Source of the DNA: Porphyridium purpureum
Taxonomy: Eukaryota
Direction: 5' to 3'
Assembly: GCA_008690995.1 (NCBI GenBank)
Contig: VRMN01000001.1
Location: 2,046,001 to 2,110,000, forward strand
DNA length: 64,000 nucleotides
Both the position numbers and the translations under genes were made by a program. The notes below the pieces were generated by a model. It was given only the letters and a program-made list of their open reading frames with translations, was not told the DNA's origin and made no database searches. Below, piece after piece: positions 1 through 10,530 of the stretch. Each line of letters starts with the position of its first letter. Position 1 is the first letter of the stretch.

Positions 1-1633
1 AAGCCCTGTATTGTTCCACGGGGTTGCGGCTAAAGAACACACTTGCAATCCAGTACGCGAGCAGGAATGGTTCTCGGCTCGGATCCGGGTATCTGCCTAG
101 CGAATCTTCGACTAGAGACATGGTTTGCGGGTTCACAAAGTGCTGGAACGTTTCATTCAACCGAAAGGCGACTTGGCGGTCTTCATCTGTCGGAGAGGGA
201 TCATCCATGTACTCAATCCTGGCCTGGTGATACCCGTCCAGCATTCCTCGCTCAAGCACTCGGAAGCGCTTGTAACCCACTGTCTCGATGAAGGAGCGAC
301 CATCCGGGAGGACGGACTGCGAGGTGATGTGCATCATGGTTCCGATCGATGCAAACGGCATATCCGCATCAGCCCGGTTCCCAGCGAGCATCGACACATC
401 GCCGTGCGTGCAAATACCAAACTTACGATCTCCAGCGATGGCGCGCCGCATCATCAAACGGTAGCGCGGTTCAAATATGTGGAGATTGCACGGCAGGCCC
501 GGGAACGAGACCGACAACACAAAGATGGGGAAGAACCGATTTGCCGTTGATTGGCTCATCTCTGCCGCCTCTCGCGCGACATCCTCTTGACGCTTGGCAA
601 ATTCCTCGGGCAGACACTGCTCGCAGAGCCACGCCAGCATCCTGTTCGCAAGCTGCGGCTCACCAGACAGCCAGTCGTTTGAATGAAACCATGCAACGTA
701 TGCCTGCAACGGCATGCGCGTCATCGGACAAATGGGCGGCGCAGCCATTCCTGTGCTGGGGTCGGTTACCTCCAGGCAACGAATGACGCACTGCTGACAC
801 AAGGAGTGACCGCTTGGCAAAGTGGTCGGCTTGTAGACCAGGCACGAACAGAGCAGACACTCAAACTCTTCTCGCACGTCCTGCGTCACCTTTTCAGTCG
901 CAATATTCGATGGTAGGGCGTCAAGATGCGCCTCACCTTCCGGAAAGATTGACGCGGCTACATCGCCGTACGTTTCGTGTACCCCGACCGCTGCAAGAAA
1001 CACGGCCTTTTCCTCGCTGACACGAAGCGCTTCGCTCAGCGTATCAAGGGCGCAAATTGTCATATAGCGCGAGGTCCTACGCGGGATCTGCAACATTAAG
1101 ACTATTTTTTGTATACTTTCCGCAACACGTCCCTGTTTGAGTAAGCGCGCCGCAAGTTGCACGCACTCTTTCGCCGCTGCGTCTGGTGACAAGCCTCTCA
1201 ATTTCTCAGAGCTGAGCTCGACAGTTTCGCTGATCCCGACGCTACTGCATCGCGTCCTGTCCAAAAGTCTTGGCACAAGCCATTTCAGCTTGATGTCAGG
1301 CACTGGGTCGGTGGCATCCACGCCCGGCACAAAGAAATCGGCGTAGTAAGGCTCACCGCGTACTGCTTTGTAGCATTGCTCGCAAAGCGTCCGACCCTTG
1401 ACGGTCGTCGTAGGATGCAAAGGAACAACACTGCATACTGGACACAGCCAAGTAGCGTCATCCAAGCACCCTTCATCCTCGCACCCCCGTATGGCTAATG
1501 GTGCTGCGGCGCCGCGCCCAAACCGTTCGGCACACAGCTCAAGAAACACTTGCAGAGCCGCGACGCGCTTTTCCACCGAAAGCCTTGTGCGCAAGACATC
1601 GTTCCATGCCTGCAGACGCTTCGACTGCTGCAT
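1..1633 (-). CDS. LON peptidase N-terminal domain and RING finger protein (LONRF-like), running off the window edge
   Basis: Not in the ORF track because it is truncated. Manual minus-strand translation from ATG 1633 (in-frame TAA upstream) stays open to base 1. It has two RING-like motifs (CPVC..CEQC; CLLC..PSGHSLCQQC..CPMT) and a LON substrate-binding domain (FPIFVLSVSFPGLPCNLHIFEPRYRLMMRRAI..KFGIC..LPDGRSFIETVGYKRFRVLE..DGYHQARIEY). Confidence 0.88.
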   Translation of the reverse strand, partial: MQQSKRLQAWNDVLRTRLSVEKRVAALQVFLELCAERFGRGAAAPLAIRGCEDEGCLDDATWLCPVCSVVPLHPTTTVKGRTLCEQCYKAVRGEPYYADFFVPGVDATDPVPDIKLKWLVPRLLDRTRCSSVGISETVELSSEKLRGLSPDAAAKECVQLAARLLKQGRVAESIQKIVLMLQIPRRTSRYMTICALDTLSEALRVSEEKAVFLAAVGVHETYGDVAASIFPEGEAHLDALPSNIATEKVTQDVREEFECLLCSCLVYKPTTLPSGHSLCQQCVIRCLEVTDPSTGMAAPPICPMTRMPLQAYVAWFHSNDWLSGEPQLANRMLAWLCEQCLPEEFAKRQEDVAREAAEMSQSTANRFFPIFVLSVSFPGLPCNLHIFEPRYRLMMRRAIAGDRKFGICTHGDVSMLAGNRADADMPFASIGTMMHITSQSVLPDGRSFIETVGYKRFRVLERGMLDGYHQARIEYMDDPSPTDEDRQVAFRLNETFQHFVNPQTMSLVEDSLGRYPDPSREPFLLAYWIASVFFSRNPVEQYRA

Positions 1634-1959
1634 CGCAGTGGCTCCACCGCGTCCCGACTTCCGCCGGGATCCCGCACGTCTGTGTGCCACGGCTTACTTG
1701 CCTGCTGCCTCTTTGCCTTCGTGCGCTTTCTCACGCGTGGAATAATCTCCTAACGGTTCAAGGCACTTGCATTGAACCGAATGTGTGGCGCACAGCCGGA
1801 ACATAGACAGACTGACAAACAGACAGCCGGACATGGACAGCCTTTGACGGAGCCTGGTCCAAGCGGATGTCTCGGACTGCGAAGCTCTAGTTCTTGCCAT
1901 GGCCTGAGCGACGTGCGTCGTAGGTGTATCGGAGGTATGTAGCCATTGAGTCCTTCGGT

Positions 1960-2469
1960 TTATGATAAGATTATGTTGTTAGCTTTCAGGACGGCTCGAA
2001 CTCGGTGCCGTCTCAGCGTCTCTACCGAGACGAGCCGCAGCCAGATTTCGGCATAGTGGCTAGGAGGCCGACCGCGCGGTGGAGTCATGGCCTGAAACCT
2101 GGCCGGCTGGGCGGCGTACGTATCGCATATGTTGACTGCGACGCGTCCAAACACGCCCAATGCTTCCGCGTTGCCGTTGCCGCAGGCGTGGTAGTATACT
2201 TGCAGCTCTTCGAGGTGTGATACTGGCGTCTGCCGCGACGTGATGTAGAGCTTTTTGGTGTCTGCGAATGTGAGCACAAGTAAATCTTTCTCTCGCTCGC
2301 TGTAGCACTGTTCAATCGGGACAAGCGCCACGCAGGCAAAGCGCGCATCTCCGTTCAGGATCATGTCTCGAAAAAACGAACTCACGCGAGTCAACTCCGC
2401 GACCTCCTTCAGAGCCAAATGGCGCGCAATCGTCAGCCAGATCTCGTGCGGAACATTGTGGACCTGCAT
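1960..2469 (-). CDS. Small F-box domain protein
   Basis: N-terminus VHNVPHEIWLTIARHLALKEVAELTRVSSFFRDMI fits the F-box consensus (LPxEIxxxIxxxL..L..VSKxW/FR). Confidence 0.65.
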   Translation of the reverse strand: MQVHNVPHEIWLTIARHLALKEVAELTRVSSFFRDMILNGDARFACVALVPIEQCYSEREKDLLVLTFADTKKLYITSRQTPVSHLEELQVYYHACGNGNAEALGVFGRVAVNICDTYAAQPARFQAMTPPRGRPPSHYAEIWLRLVSVETLRRHRVRAVLKANNIILS

Positions 2470-2575
2470 CGCGGCGTCACATCGCTGTCAGCTCTCCTCC
2501 AAATGTTGCCCGAGTGTGCGTCGTACCTTCTCTCGCAATGAATTTGAGCCGGCCAGGAGGGAGGTTTGTGATCCG

Positions 2576-3550
2576 ATGCTTTTCATCCCAACGCGATCCT
2601 CCGGGCCGCTGCGTGGGCCTCGGTCGCGTCGATCCATCTGCACATGCGCAAGTTTTACGACCAGATTGAAAGCCCCGGCCCACGCCCAGGCTGGGACCAG
2701 GAGAGGGCGTCTTTGGTGTGGAAGCATGGTCATGAGACGCGGCGGGAGCCGCAACAGTGCAGCTCCCGGCGATCATCCGACTGAAGTTGACGCATCCCCG
2801 CCCGCAGAGCAAGCCATAGCGCAGAGCAAAGTGGGCAAGGTGGACGCTCGCCTGAACAAGAACGCGTCGGAGGCCACTGTGTTGGAAGTGTTCGCTAAAC
2901 ATGAGTACCCGTACGCGCCGATCGAGGAGCAAGAGCAATTAGCCGAGAAGGAGCTGTATACTCTTTCAGAGCGGCGCACGCACCGTATGCGAATGTCATT
3001 ACCGACGACCAGAGAACGAGAGCAGCTGGCGTATGCCCTTATTCAGCCGAGTGAAACGCTCAACCCTCGCAAGAACCGACAGGAAGGCTTCTTACTGGTT
3101 GTGGTTCCACTGGAGTGTGTTGGGCCAAAAGGTGATGCCAAAGCAGCTGCACTTTTGGAATGCTCGTATACGTGTCATCTAATTACGTCAAAGGCGTTTC
3201 TGGGCAAGCGCGCGGTGCGCCGCTCAAAGGCCCGAAGGTTGATGCGTGAAGCGCTCCGGCTCATCATGCCGCTGCACGCCGCGCGAGGATTTGAGTACCG
3301 CTTCGTGTTGAACAATGAAGTGCTCCTGATGGACCATCGACTGGCGCATCAACAGGCGGTGCAAGCCTTCAAGGCCGTAGGGTGTTGGCGAGACACGCTG
3401 CCAGAGCGGCAAATGCAAAGGCCCTTCTACGGAAAGCGCACGAATTTCAGTATTTGGCACGGCAAGCCGCCCAGTAGGGCAGGCCTTCATCTGAACGCGC
3501 GTAGGAAGGCCATTTTGCGCGATTTAGACGAACTAGGAACCGGTGCATGA
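2576..3550 (+). CDS. rnpA: Bacterial-type RNase P protein (RnpA-like) with N-terminal organellar targeting extension
   Basis: LITSKAFLGKRAVRRSKARRLMREALR matches the RnpA RNR motif (SKKxGxAVxRNRxKRxxRE), followed by a beta-strand and C-terminal helix. ATG 2576 gives MLFIPTRSS..., a Ser/Arg-rich transit-peptide-like leader. Confidence 0.7.
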   Translation: MLFIPTRSSGPLRGPRSRRSICTCASFTTRLKAPAHAQAGTRRGRLWCGSMVMRRGGSRNSAAPGDHPTEVDASPPAEQAIAQSKVGKVDARLNKNASEATVLEVFAKHEYPYAPIEEQEQLAEKELYTLSERRTHRMRMSLPTTREREQLAYALIQPSETLNPRKNRQEGFLLVVVPLECVGPKGDAKAAALLECSYTCHLITSKAFLGKRAVRRSKARRLMREALRLIMPLHAARGFEYRFVLNNEVLLMDHRLAHQQAVQAFKAVGCWRDTLPERQMQRPFYGKRTNFSIWHGKPPSRAGLHLNARRKAILRDLDELGTGA

Positions 3551-3647
3551 GCGTAAGTGCAACGCACCAAATCGTTATATTTTTGAAACTACTATGGGCG
3601 CGTCCCGCCACGAGGGCTGGCACTGGCTAGTTATCTCTACGTTTCTG

Positions 3648-3651
<4 letters not shown>

Positions 3652-3698
<47 letters not shown>
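3652..3698. repeat. (TC)n microsatellite
   Basis: Uninterrupted TC run between two convergent ORFs. Confidence 0.97.
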
Positions 3699-3700
<2 letters not shown>

Positions 3701-3752
3701 GGGTGCACTGTAAATAACGTAAATAAGTTATCGCCGTCTCGTTCGTGACGAT

Positions 3753-4163
3753 CTACGCGACAGAACTCGACAGCGGCGCACGGGACGGACCTGCCATGGC
3801 GGCCAAGCTGAGTCTTGCCATGTGCTTGTCGTACTCCATCTGAAGATGCTCGACGATCTCCATGAGCGCGTGGCAGTCGTCTTGCGCCGCTTGTGCGTAG
3901 AACAGATCGAGTCGCTGCATGTCGTCTGCGCTGATCCGGAGCGAGACAGGCGGCCCGTCGACTGCCTCGCGCAGCGTCAAGTCCACGCGCGCCAGAAACT
4001 GAAGCACCTCGCTGTCGTCCAACATCTGCATGCTCTGCGAGCGCGCGGCGGCCGACGACGCGCCTGACGACGCCAACGACGAGGCGCTTCCGCGAGACGG
4101 CAAGATCTCACCGCAACTGCCGTTCCTCCTTATCATGATCGCTTGCGCCTTACCCTTCTCCAT
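3753..4163 (-). CDS. Small hypothetical protein
   Basis: ATG-initiated ORF (MEKGKAQ...) with coding-like codon usage and a helical acidic core; no recognisable family. Confidence 0.5.
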   Translation of the reverse strand: MEKGKAQAIMIRRNGSCGEILPSRGSASSLASSGASSAAARSQSMQMLDDSEVLQFLARVDLTLREAVDGPPVSLRISADDMQRLDLFYAQAAQDDCHALMEIVEHLQMEYDKHMARLSLAAMAGPSRAPLSSSVA

Positions 4164-5295
4164 CACGAGGCCCACTTTTCAACCCGCACCACCACCACAA
4201 CCTCTCTTTGTCTCTCTGTTCTCTCTCTCACTCAGTAACCCCCTCTATCTAACCCGCTACCTCGTATGCGCTGCTATGTCTCAGCCACGAAAAAACCGGC
4301 CGAATTACAAATTCGTGCGTTTCATATGAGAAAACGCGCGTTCTCAACCGCAACGAGGCTGCGCGCGCGGCGTGAATTGTGAGCGGCTGCGCTGCTGATT
4401 GTGCGCGGCAGGCTGATAGCTGAAAGCAAGCATTGGCGTGTACCGACGCAGCGAAACGGCGGGCGACCGTCCGCGGCAAACCGGCCGAAATCACACCATG
4501 ACGAACAGGGGAAAGGAAACGAGGCTGCACTTTGTCGTGCGAGCGCTTGTGTGAGATTCGAATGGCCGGCAGACTGAGCTTTTACGGTCATTGGACGAAC
4601 ACACAGAGGCGTACTGGCCAACATGTGTACGACGGTTTCGCCAGCCATTGTCGGACACAGTGGTGCGTACAGCCTGGAGAGAAGTGCCATGCGCGAGTAG
4701 ATCAACCGCGCACCGAGCTGGACGCACAGCGCGGCCAGTGCGGTTATGGGCGACACGAAGTGGCAAATAAACAAGCGGAATGTTCCGGATGACTGCGGCA
4801 ACTTGTGATTTGTTGCTGTGTTTGTTTGTTTTTTCTTGGATTGGCGGCGGTTCACGAGGGCGCGACGTGGTTTCCGATCACACACTCGGCGTTGCGAAGC
4901 GGCAGACAGAACGGCGAGGTGCGCATCCCACGCGGTTGCGGGTCGTCGGTCGATTGAAATCCGTGCTGAAGTACTGTGTGGAAGTACAGTTGGGTGGAGG
5001 ACAGCTGTGGATTTGAGAGCGCGCGGGTCAGATGCCGCGCTGAGTGGTGGCGGGGAGAGAAGCGATTCAGGCACGGCGCGTCGGCGCAGAGGAGCGTGGC
5101 GGCGCAGGGGAAAAACAGCGCCGTAGCAGTATCAGTGTTTGCGGTCATATCGAGCGCGCTTGGAACGCGGGAGGCCCGTGTTTGTTTGCGGTGCGTACAC
5201 GGTAAGGCAAGCCCGTCGATGTGCAGTGCGTGTCGTGCTCGGCTCCGGGTTTGTGGCGTGAACGTGTAGGAACAAGCGGAGACAGCGAAGCGAGG

Positions 5296-6411
5296 ATGAA
5301 CGACCGCGAGCGGATGCCAGCTGGGTACGCTCCTCAGCAAGGGGTCTATATGCCGCAGGGACATGCAGGATTCCCACCGCGCCCGCAGCAGGTGCCGGTG
5401 AATCAGCTCAACGTTCCAGGCGGTGGGTATGTTGCGCCGCAGTCTGCCGCGCCTGGAGGATATGCGCCTCAGCAGCAACACCACCAGCAGCCATACCAAC
5501 AGCCACAAGCAGCGAATCACCCCGTCGCGACGCCATACGGACCACCGCCCTATGGTGGTGCGCCGCCGCAGATGTACACGCCGGGCTACCAGGCACCGGG
5601 CGCGGGTCCGACCGCGGGCCCCTCCATGCCGGCCCCATTTGAGATCCCCGGTCTCAATTCGTTCGTGTCAAAGCAGATATTTGACTCGGCTGCGTCCACC
5701 TGGATAAAGGGGCAGCGCGACTTCATGGAAAACAACGCAGAATTTCTCAAGCTTCCGAAATACTATTTTGCTGTGAACACATCATATGTCCTGCGGAAAC
5801 TGATGCTGATTCTCTTCCCGCTCAAGAATAAGTCTTGGGTGCGCCGGAAAATTGACGACTCGGCGCAGATGGGAGGAAACGTTCTTGTATCAGAAGGAGG
5901 CTACCTGCCGCCAAGTGAGGACCTCAACGCGCCAGATCTATATATTCCTGTCATGTCCTTTGTGACATACGTCCTTCTCGTGGGCTTCATTTCCGGCACG
6001 CGCGGAACCTTCACGCCGGAACTTATGGCGTCGACAGCGTCGCTCGGGCTTGCGGTTCTGGCAGTGGAGGTGCTTTTGATTCGACTGGGCTTGTATCTGG
6101 TGAATGCGCGCACAGTTCCGTGGCTCGACCTGATCGCCTTTCGGGGCTATAAGTTTGTCGGTCTCACGGTCGTGCTTGTCGGAAGCATGCTGAGTAGATA
6201 TCTATTCTGGCCGTTGCTTGTCTATGCGGCCAGTATGATGGGTCTGTTTCTGATGCGCACGTACAAGAAGATCGTGCAACTTAAGGCACACGAGTCGAAC
6301 TTTGGTGTCGGCTCAGCACACGAGATTGAGCAGACGCGCAAAAACCACTTTCTTTTGGGCATTGCAGCCATACAATTTCCCATCTACTGGATCCTGGCAC
6401 ATCGAGCGTGA
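5296..6411 (+). CDS. YIF1: YIF1/Hrf1 family ER-Golgi transport membrane protein
   Basis: KYYFAVNTSYVLRKLMLILFP, PPSEDLNAPDLYIPVMSFVTYVLL and DLIAFRGYKFVG motifs; Pro/Gln-rich N-terminus; multiple C-terminal TM helices. Confidence 0.93.
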   Translation: MNDRERMPAGYAPQQGVYMPQGHAGFPPRPQQVPVNQLNVPGGGYVAPQSAAPGGYAPQQQHHQQPYQQPQAANHPVATPYGPPPYGGAPPQMYTPGYQAPGAGPTAGPSMPAPFEIPGLNSFVSKQIFDSAASTWIKGQRDFMENNAEFLKLPKYYFAVNTSYVLRKLMLILFPLKNKSWVRRKIDDSAQMGGNVLVSEGGYLPPSEDLNAPDLYIPVMSFVTYVLLVGFISGTRGTFTPELMASTASLGLAVLAVEVLLIRLGLYLVNARTVPWLDLIAFRGYKFVGLTVVLVGSMLSRYLFWPLLVYAASMMGLFLMRTYKKIVQLKAHESNFGVGSAHEIEQTRKNHFLLGIAAIQFPIYWILAHRA

Positions 6412-6605
6412 CATAGCATGGACCCTGGATTGGATGCCTCGGGCGCTCTGGCAGGCTTGTAACTTTAGACTCCCTAGGCCGCGTAGCACTCCAATGAGGA
6501 GAACTGTAAAAAACCATGGCGCTCCCCACCTCTTGTGTGCCGCATGCGCACGACTTCCGGATTTAGGGTACGTGTTTGTTTAGGCTCAACAGCAGAGCGG
6601 GTCAC

Positions 6606-8759
6606 ATGAAGAAGACGAAGGAGAAGGACTCAAGCATGTCGGCGCCGCCTGCGCGACGGCGCACGCAGGGTCGTATTCCTTTGCCAAGCAGCACTCCGAC
6701 GGGTCGGCGCTCGTCGGCAGGGGGTGCATTTTTCAAGGATCGAACGGACGCGCGCATGCAGGATGTGGGTACCCCGAGTAAGAACAAGGACGGGTCCGGC
6801 ACGCCTAGCAAGACCAAGCCGTCTGCAATTCTCGCCAGGCGGAGACGCATTCTCTTACGCTCTTTTACCGCTGCGCTTGTGGTGCTTGCCGTTGTTGCGA
6901 TAGCACTGCTGATGAGGGGCAAGGAGGGGCTTTTGAGGTGGATTCCGCGGCCACGTGGGGTACGGAATACGGGAGATGCGACGTCACCAAAGATCGCGGA
7001 TGCGTCTGACCCGTCGACGGTCAGTACGTTTGGTGTGACTTTGGCTCCGTCGCTCCCAGCAGATCCGCCAGACACGGTAGACATTTTGGCAGCTGAGCAC
7101 ACACCGACAGATGCGCCAAAGTCAGAAGACGTCGTGTACAGGGAAGAAGCGCGCCCGCAGGAAGCTACGGCCACAAACGAGTCCCTCAGCAGCAGTTCTC
7201 AGCAGAAGCAAACGCGTGATGAAATAGATCAAACGATGGCCGCAACGACGCCGCCTCATGTCCAGGGAAGAGCGGATGAAAAGGGATTTGTGCCACCGGT
7301 ACATTTGAGTCCCACGGCGGTAGATGATGGTAAGGTTGGTGGTCTTACTTCAAAGTTTGAGGCCGTGCCTGGACTCTTTGAGAGTGACGACCAGGTTTAC
7401 TTGATCAACACATTCGAGAACTATCTGTCGCATCACGTGATCACAAAGGATGTCTTGCTTCGTGCCAATGCAGATCTAGATGCTCCGGATGGTCTCTTTC
7501 TCTTCTCGGACTCGATGAAGGACCCCTTGTGTGGTGGCGGACGCGCTCCTATCTACTTGAAGAACAATTGTGCGAAGGAAAAGGAGACAGCATGGAAAGA
7601 AGGTCATCTAGACTCACGACGTACCTTGTCGGCGTCTGAGATTTCTGCTGTGCGATCTGGCAGCCAGGGTGTCTTCAATGTGATTCAGGGTACCACGCTT
7701 CTTATTGTTCTCGACCAGTCGTGCACAAACGTGGCACACTTTGCCGGAAAGATTTTGTACGTGCATCACATGTTGACAAACAAGGCTGTGTACCGTCTAA
7801 AGGACATTAAGACCGTTCTCGTGGTTGCTGACAAGAAGTCGTACCCAAAATTGACAAACAAGGCCGCATGGCAAAGCCTCGTCCTCGAATCGATTTTATG
7901 GCCGCACAGGCCCGTGTTCAACACGTCAGCCGACCTGTTCGGGCCGCCGAAGGGCGGTGTTCGTGCATTCGTGTTTGAGGATATGCAAGCGCTCACAAGC
8001 CTTGGCTGGATTTACTTTGAGCAGCTGGTTGGCGTCGGAATTCTCAAGGGAGAGTTTTTCTTTGAGGATCACGAACTCCCACCGCGTCCCAAATTGTATC
8101 GTGCACCATTCCCGAGCAGCACGGTAAACGTTTCCTATGATTCGATCGTGTTCAGGGAAAAGGTACGGTCGGCATTGGGCAGGCGGGCCGGAGGAAAACG
8201 CAAAGAGTTGTTGGGAGTACAACGTATGGAGCGTCGAGTCTTGCTGGTTGACCGTCTCGGTACACGTCGTGTCTTTTCACAGGACACAAAGACTGTGTTT
8301 ACTAGTCACATGCGCTCCTGGGCCGAGAGGCGCGGTTATGCGTTCGAGATAATATCCTTCGAAGGACTAGATGCGGACGCGCAAGCCGAGCTCGTGGAGT
8401 CCGCCGCCATGCTGGTCGGACTGCATGGTGCGAATCTGGTCAACTCCATCTTTATGCCGCCTCTGGCTGTGCTGTTGGAGATCTTCCCGTATGTATTCTA
8501 TCACACTATGTACCGTGAAGGCGGGAAAGCCTCACTCAAGTATTTTTCGTATCAACCGGACCATGGGATAGACTGGCCGGGGGTTGAGAACTATCAGTCG
8601 GGCATACAGTGCGCGCGCGCGAACAATGACTGCAAACTGTTCTACCGCGACGGCATCGTCGAACTGAACCAGGTGGATTTTAAGAACCTGGAAAGGATCT
8701 TCACCGAGGCATTCGATTATTTAGATAGCCTCGAGGCAGCGAGTCGCCATGCCAACTAA
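6606..8759 (+). CDS. Type II membrane glycosyltransferase, GT61-like
   Basis: Basic tail, one TM helix and a stem region, then NVAHFAG..., VLLVDR..RRV and LVGLHGANLVNSIFMPPLAVLLEIFP (GT61 HGAxLxN motif). Confidence 0.82.
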   Translation: MKKTKEKDSSMSAPPARRRTQGRIPLPSSTPTGRRSSAGGAFFKDRTDARMQDVGTPSKNKDGSGTPSKTKPSAILARRRRILLRSFTAALVVLAVVAIALLMRGKEGLLRWIPRPRGVRNTGDATSPKIADASDPSTVSTFGVTLAPSLPADPPDTVDILAAEHTPTDAPKSEDVVYREEARPQEATATNESLSSSSQQKQTRDEIDQTMAATTPPHVQGRADEKGFVPPVHLSPTAVDDGKVGGLTSKFEAVPGLFESDDQVYLINTFENYLSHHVITKDVLLRANADLDAPDGLFLFSDSMKDPLCGGGRAPIYLKNNCAKEKETAWKEGHLDSRRTLSASEISAVRSGSQGVFNVIQGTTLLIVLDQSCTNVAHFAGKILYVHHMLTNKAVYRLKDIKTVLVVADKKSYPKLTNKAAWQSLVLESILWPHRPVFNTSADLFGPPKGGVRAFVFEDMQALTSLGWIYFEQLVGVGILKGEFFFEDHELPPRPKLYRAPFPSSTVNVSYDSIVFREKVRSALGRRAGGKRKELLGVQRMERRVLLVDRLGTRRVFSQDTKTVFTSHMRSWAERRGYAFEIISFEGLDADAQAELVESAAMLVGLHGANLVNSIFMPPLAVLLEIFPYVFYHTMYREGGKASLKYFSYQPDHGIDWPGVENYQSGIQCARANNDCKLFYRDGIVELNQVDFKNLERIFTEAFDYLDSLEAASRHAN

Positions 8760-9067
8760 CTGTAGTACTGGACCTTGCTGGATTGCGGCAATCGCAAAAC
8801 GTGCGAGTTGGGCTCTCACACAATAGAAAAAGAAGAGTTCGTGTGGATACGAGTTGGACTTCAGCAGGCGAAGGCGTCTGCTCTTTGTCCCTGTCAAGTC
8901 GATTCAAAGTTTTCGTGCGAGCTCAAGTCGACTGCGGAACAACGAAGCCTGAGCTTCGTCTCAGATGAGGTTCGCTTCATGCATGCGTGACCAAAGAACG
9001 AAGAAAATCAAACATCTCTTTGTACAGATATCGCATACTACATCTTGTCTCCCTTAATCATAAAAGC

Positions 9068-10126
9068 TCAACGAGTGCCACGCTTGGGATCGAGTAAACC
9101 GAGCTTTCGGCTTCGATCCAACTCATTAGCTTCAGCCGTTTTCAAATACGTGTGAGCGTACTCTGCCTCCAGAACAAGAACGGCAAGTTCCTGTTCGTCC
9201 AGCCTTTCTAAACCTTCAATGTACTGCGGTTCAATGTCGTCCACAGCAGGCGCCTTCGGCGTTGCTTTGGAATCACAATCAATGGCAGGATGATTTTCAG
9301 GGTTTGTCCTCGCCCGGCTCGAGCGACAATGAGCCTCCGATGACGACACAGTACGCTTTTTCTGGGCGCTCGCCACCCGCGCAGCCCATATCTGGCCTGC
9401 CTCCATGGGCGACCATTGCGCTAAGTTCATGTTTGGGTCTGTGTATGCTCGCATGTCACTTGGTGAGCCAGGCGAGAACGGAAACGTTTCCTTCCCGGCC
9501 GTCCAAGGTAAGTCATCCCATTCCTTTCCCATAGGACTTCCAAACGCCGATTCACCAGGTGACGCCAAACAACCCGGTGAGCCGTAAAAGAGCGTATCCG
9601 TATCTGCATGGCAAGGTGTCTGATCCAGCGTCAAATTTACATTCAACTTGTACGCGTCGCCAGCAGCGCCAGCACCATCAACACCTGTTTGCGGCGCCAA
9701 GGCCTCCTCACTTGCTTGTGCATCATAGTCAGGCTCATACATCACACCAGTCGCTATCTTTGCACTAGTCCGTCCAGTGGCAGATTCTGCCAACGCGGTC
9801 GAATCCCTCTGCAGACTGCCCGGCACAATCCCTCTCTCCGCTGTGCTTTTCCGTCGACCTGTTCTACCACCGTGGCTAGCATCATCATCATCATCATCAT
9901 CATCATCATGATGATGTTCATGATTATCATCCACACCAGGCAAAACCTTGCTCGCCTTGCGCCTCGCCCCTTCAGCACTGGCTTTCTCTGCCTTGGTGCC
10001 CTTCTTGCTCTCTGTTGACGCAGACCCGTTGACGCCAAGATCACTATCTTTTCTCTGCAGCGCATTGCGCGAAGTCGATGCAACAGCTCTATGTCGCCCG
10101 CTCACGCGCGACGCGCGGGAGTCCAT
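9068..10126 (-). CDS. Hypothetical low-complexity protein with His/Asp tract
   Basis: Long open frame; first ATG at 10126 (the track start is TTG); no recognisable domain. Confidence 0.55.
   Translation of the reverse strand: MDSRASRVSGRHRAVASTSRNALQRKDSDLGVNGSASTESKKGTKAEKASAEGARRKASKVLPGVDDNHEHHHDDDDDDDDDASHGGRTGRRKSTAERGIVPGSLQRDSTALAESATGRTSAKIATGVMYEPDYDAQASEEALAPQTGVDGAGAAGDAYKLNVNLTLDQTPCHADTDTLFYGSPGCLASPGESAFGSPMGKEWDDLPWTAGKETFPFSPGSPSDMRAYTDPNMNLAQWSPMEAGQIWAARVASAQKKRTVSSSEAHCRSSRARTNPENHPAIDCDSKATPKAPAVDDIEPQYIEGLERLDEQELAVLVLEAEYAHTYLKTAEANELDRSRKLGLLDPKRGTR
9880..9916. repeat. (CAT)n then (ATG)n trinucleotide tract encoding HHH-DDDD on the minus strand
   Basis: Directly visible. 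Confidence 0.9.
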
Positions 10127-10530
10127 CCTGACCAGCGCAGCCTCTGCCCTTTCAGTGAGACAGCGACGCTGGAGGGTTTCCAAACCATGCAGTTCCCAAA
10201 TCTTTGTGCCTCTTCGACTTGTCGCGCGCTTTTTGGGTGCTTGACCGGGCAGCAGCGCAAACTAGGCAAAGCCAACAGATACAAGACCCCGACCACATTT
10301 GAAAGACGATGGGGTACTCAGTCAAAGGCGTGGATGTCAAACGCGGAACGCGACAGCCCGCAGCGTATAAAATGGGGCGTTGCGTCGCGTTGACCCCATA
10401 CCCACGCGCTAGAGGAACGCGAGCATTGTGAGATTTGGTGACGGTATCATCGGCGCCAGGTGACCTGCGGGAGCTTTGTTACAGACAGCAGTCAACTTCG
10501 TGAATGTTTCAAAACAGCACAAGGATAGAG

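Noticed and set aside
1754..1779. Hairpin CGGTTCAA..TTGAACCG containing a T-loop-like GTTCAA
   Set aside because: No cloverleaf around it; an 8-bp stem can arise by chance.
4322..5269. 250-aa and 222-aa ORFs upstream of YIF1
   Set aside because: Non-ATG starts and compositionally random; likely promoter/UTR.
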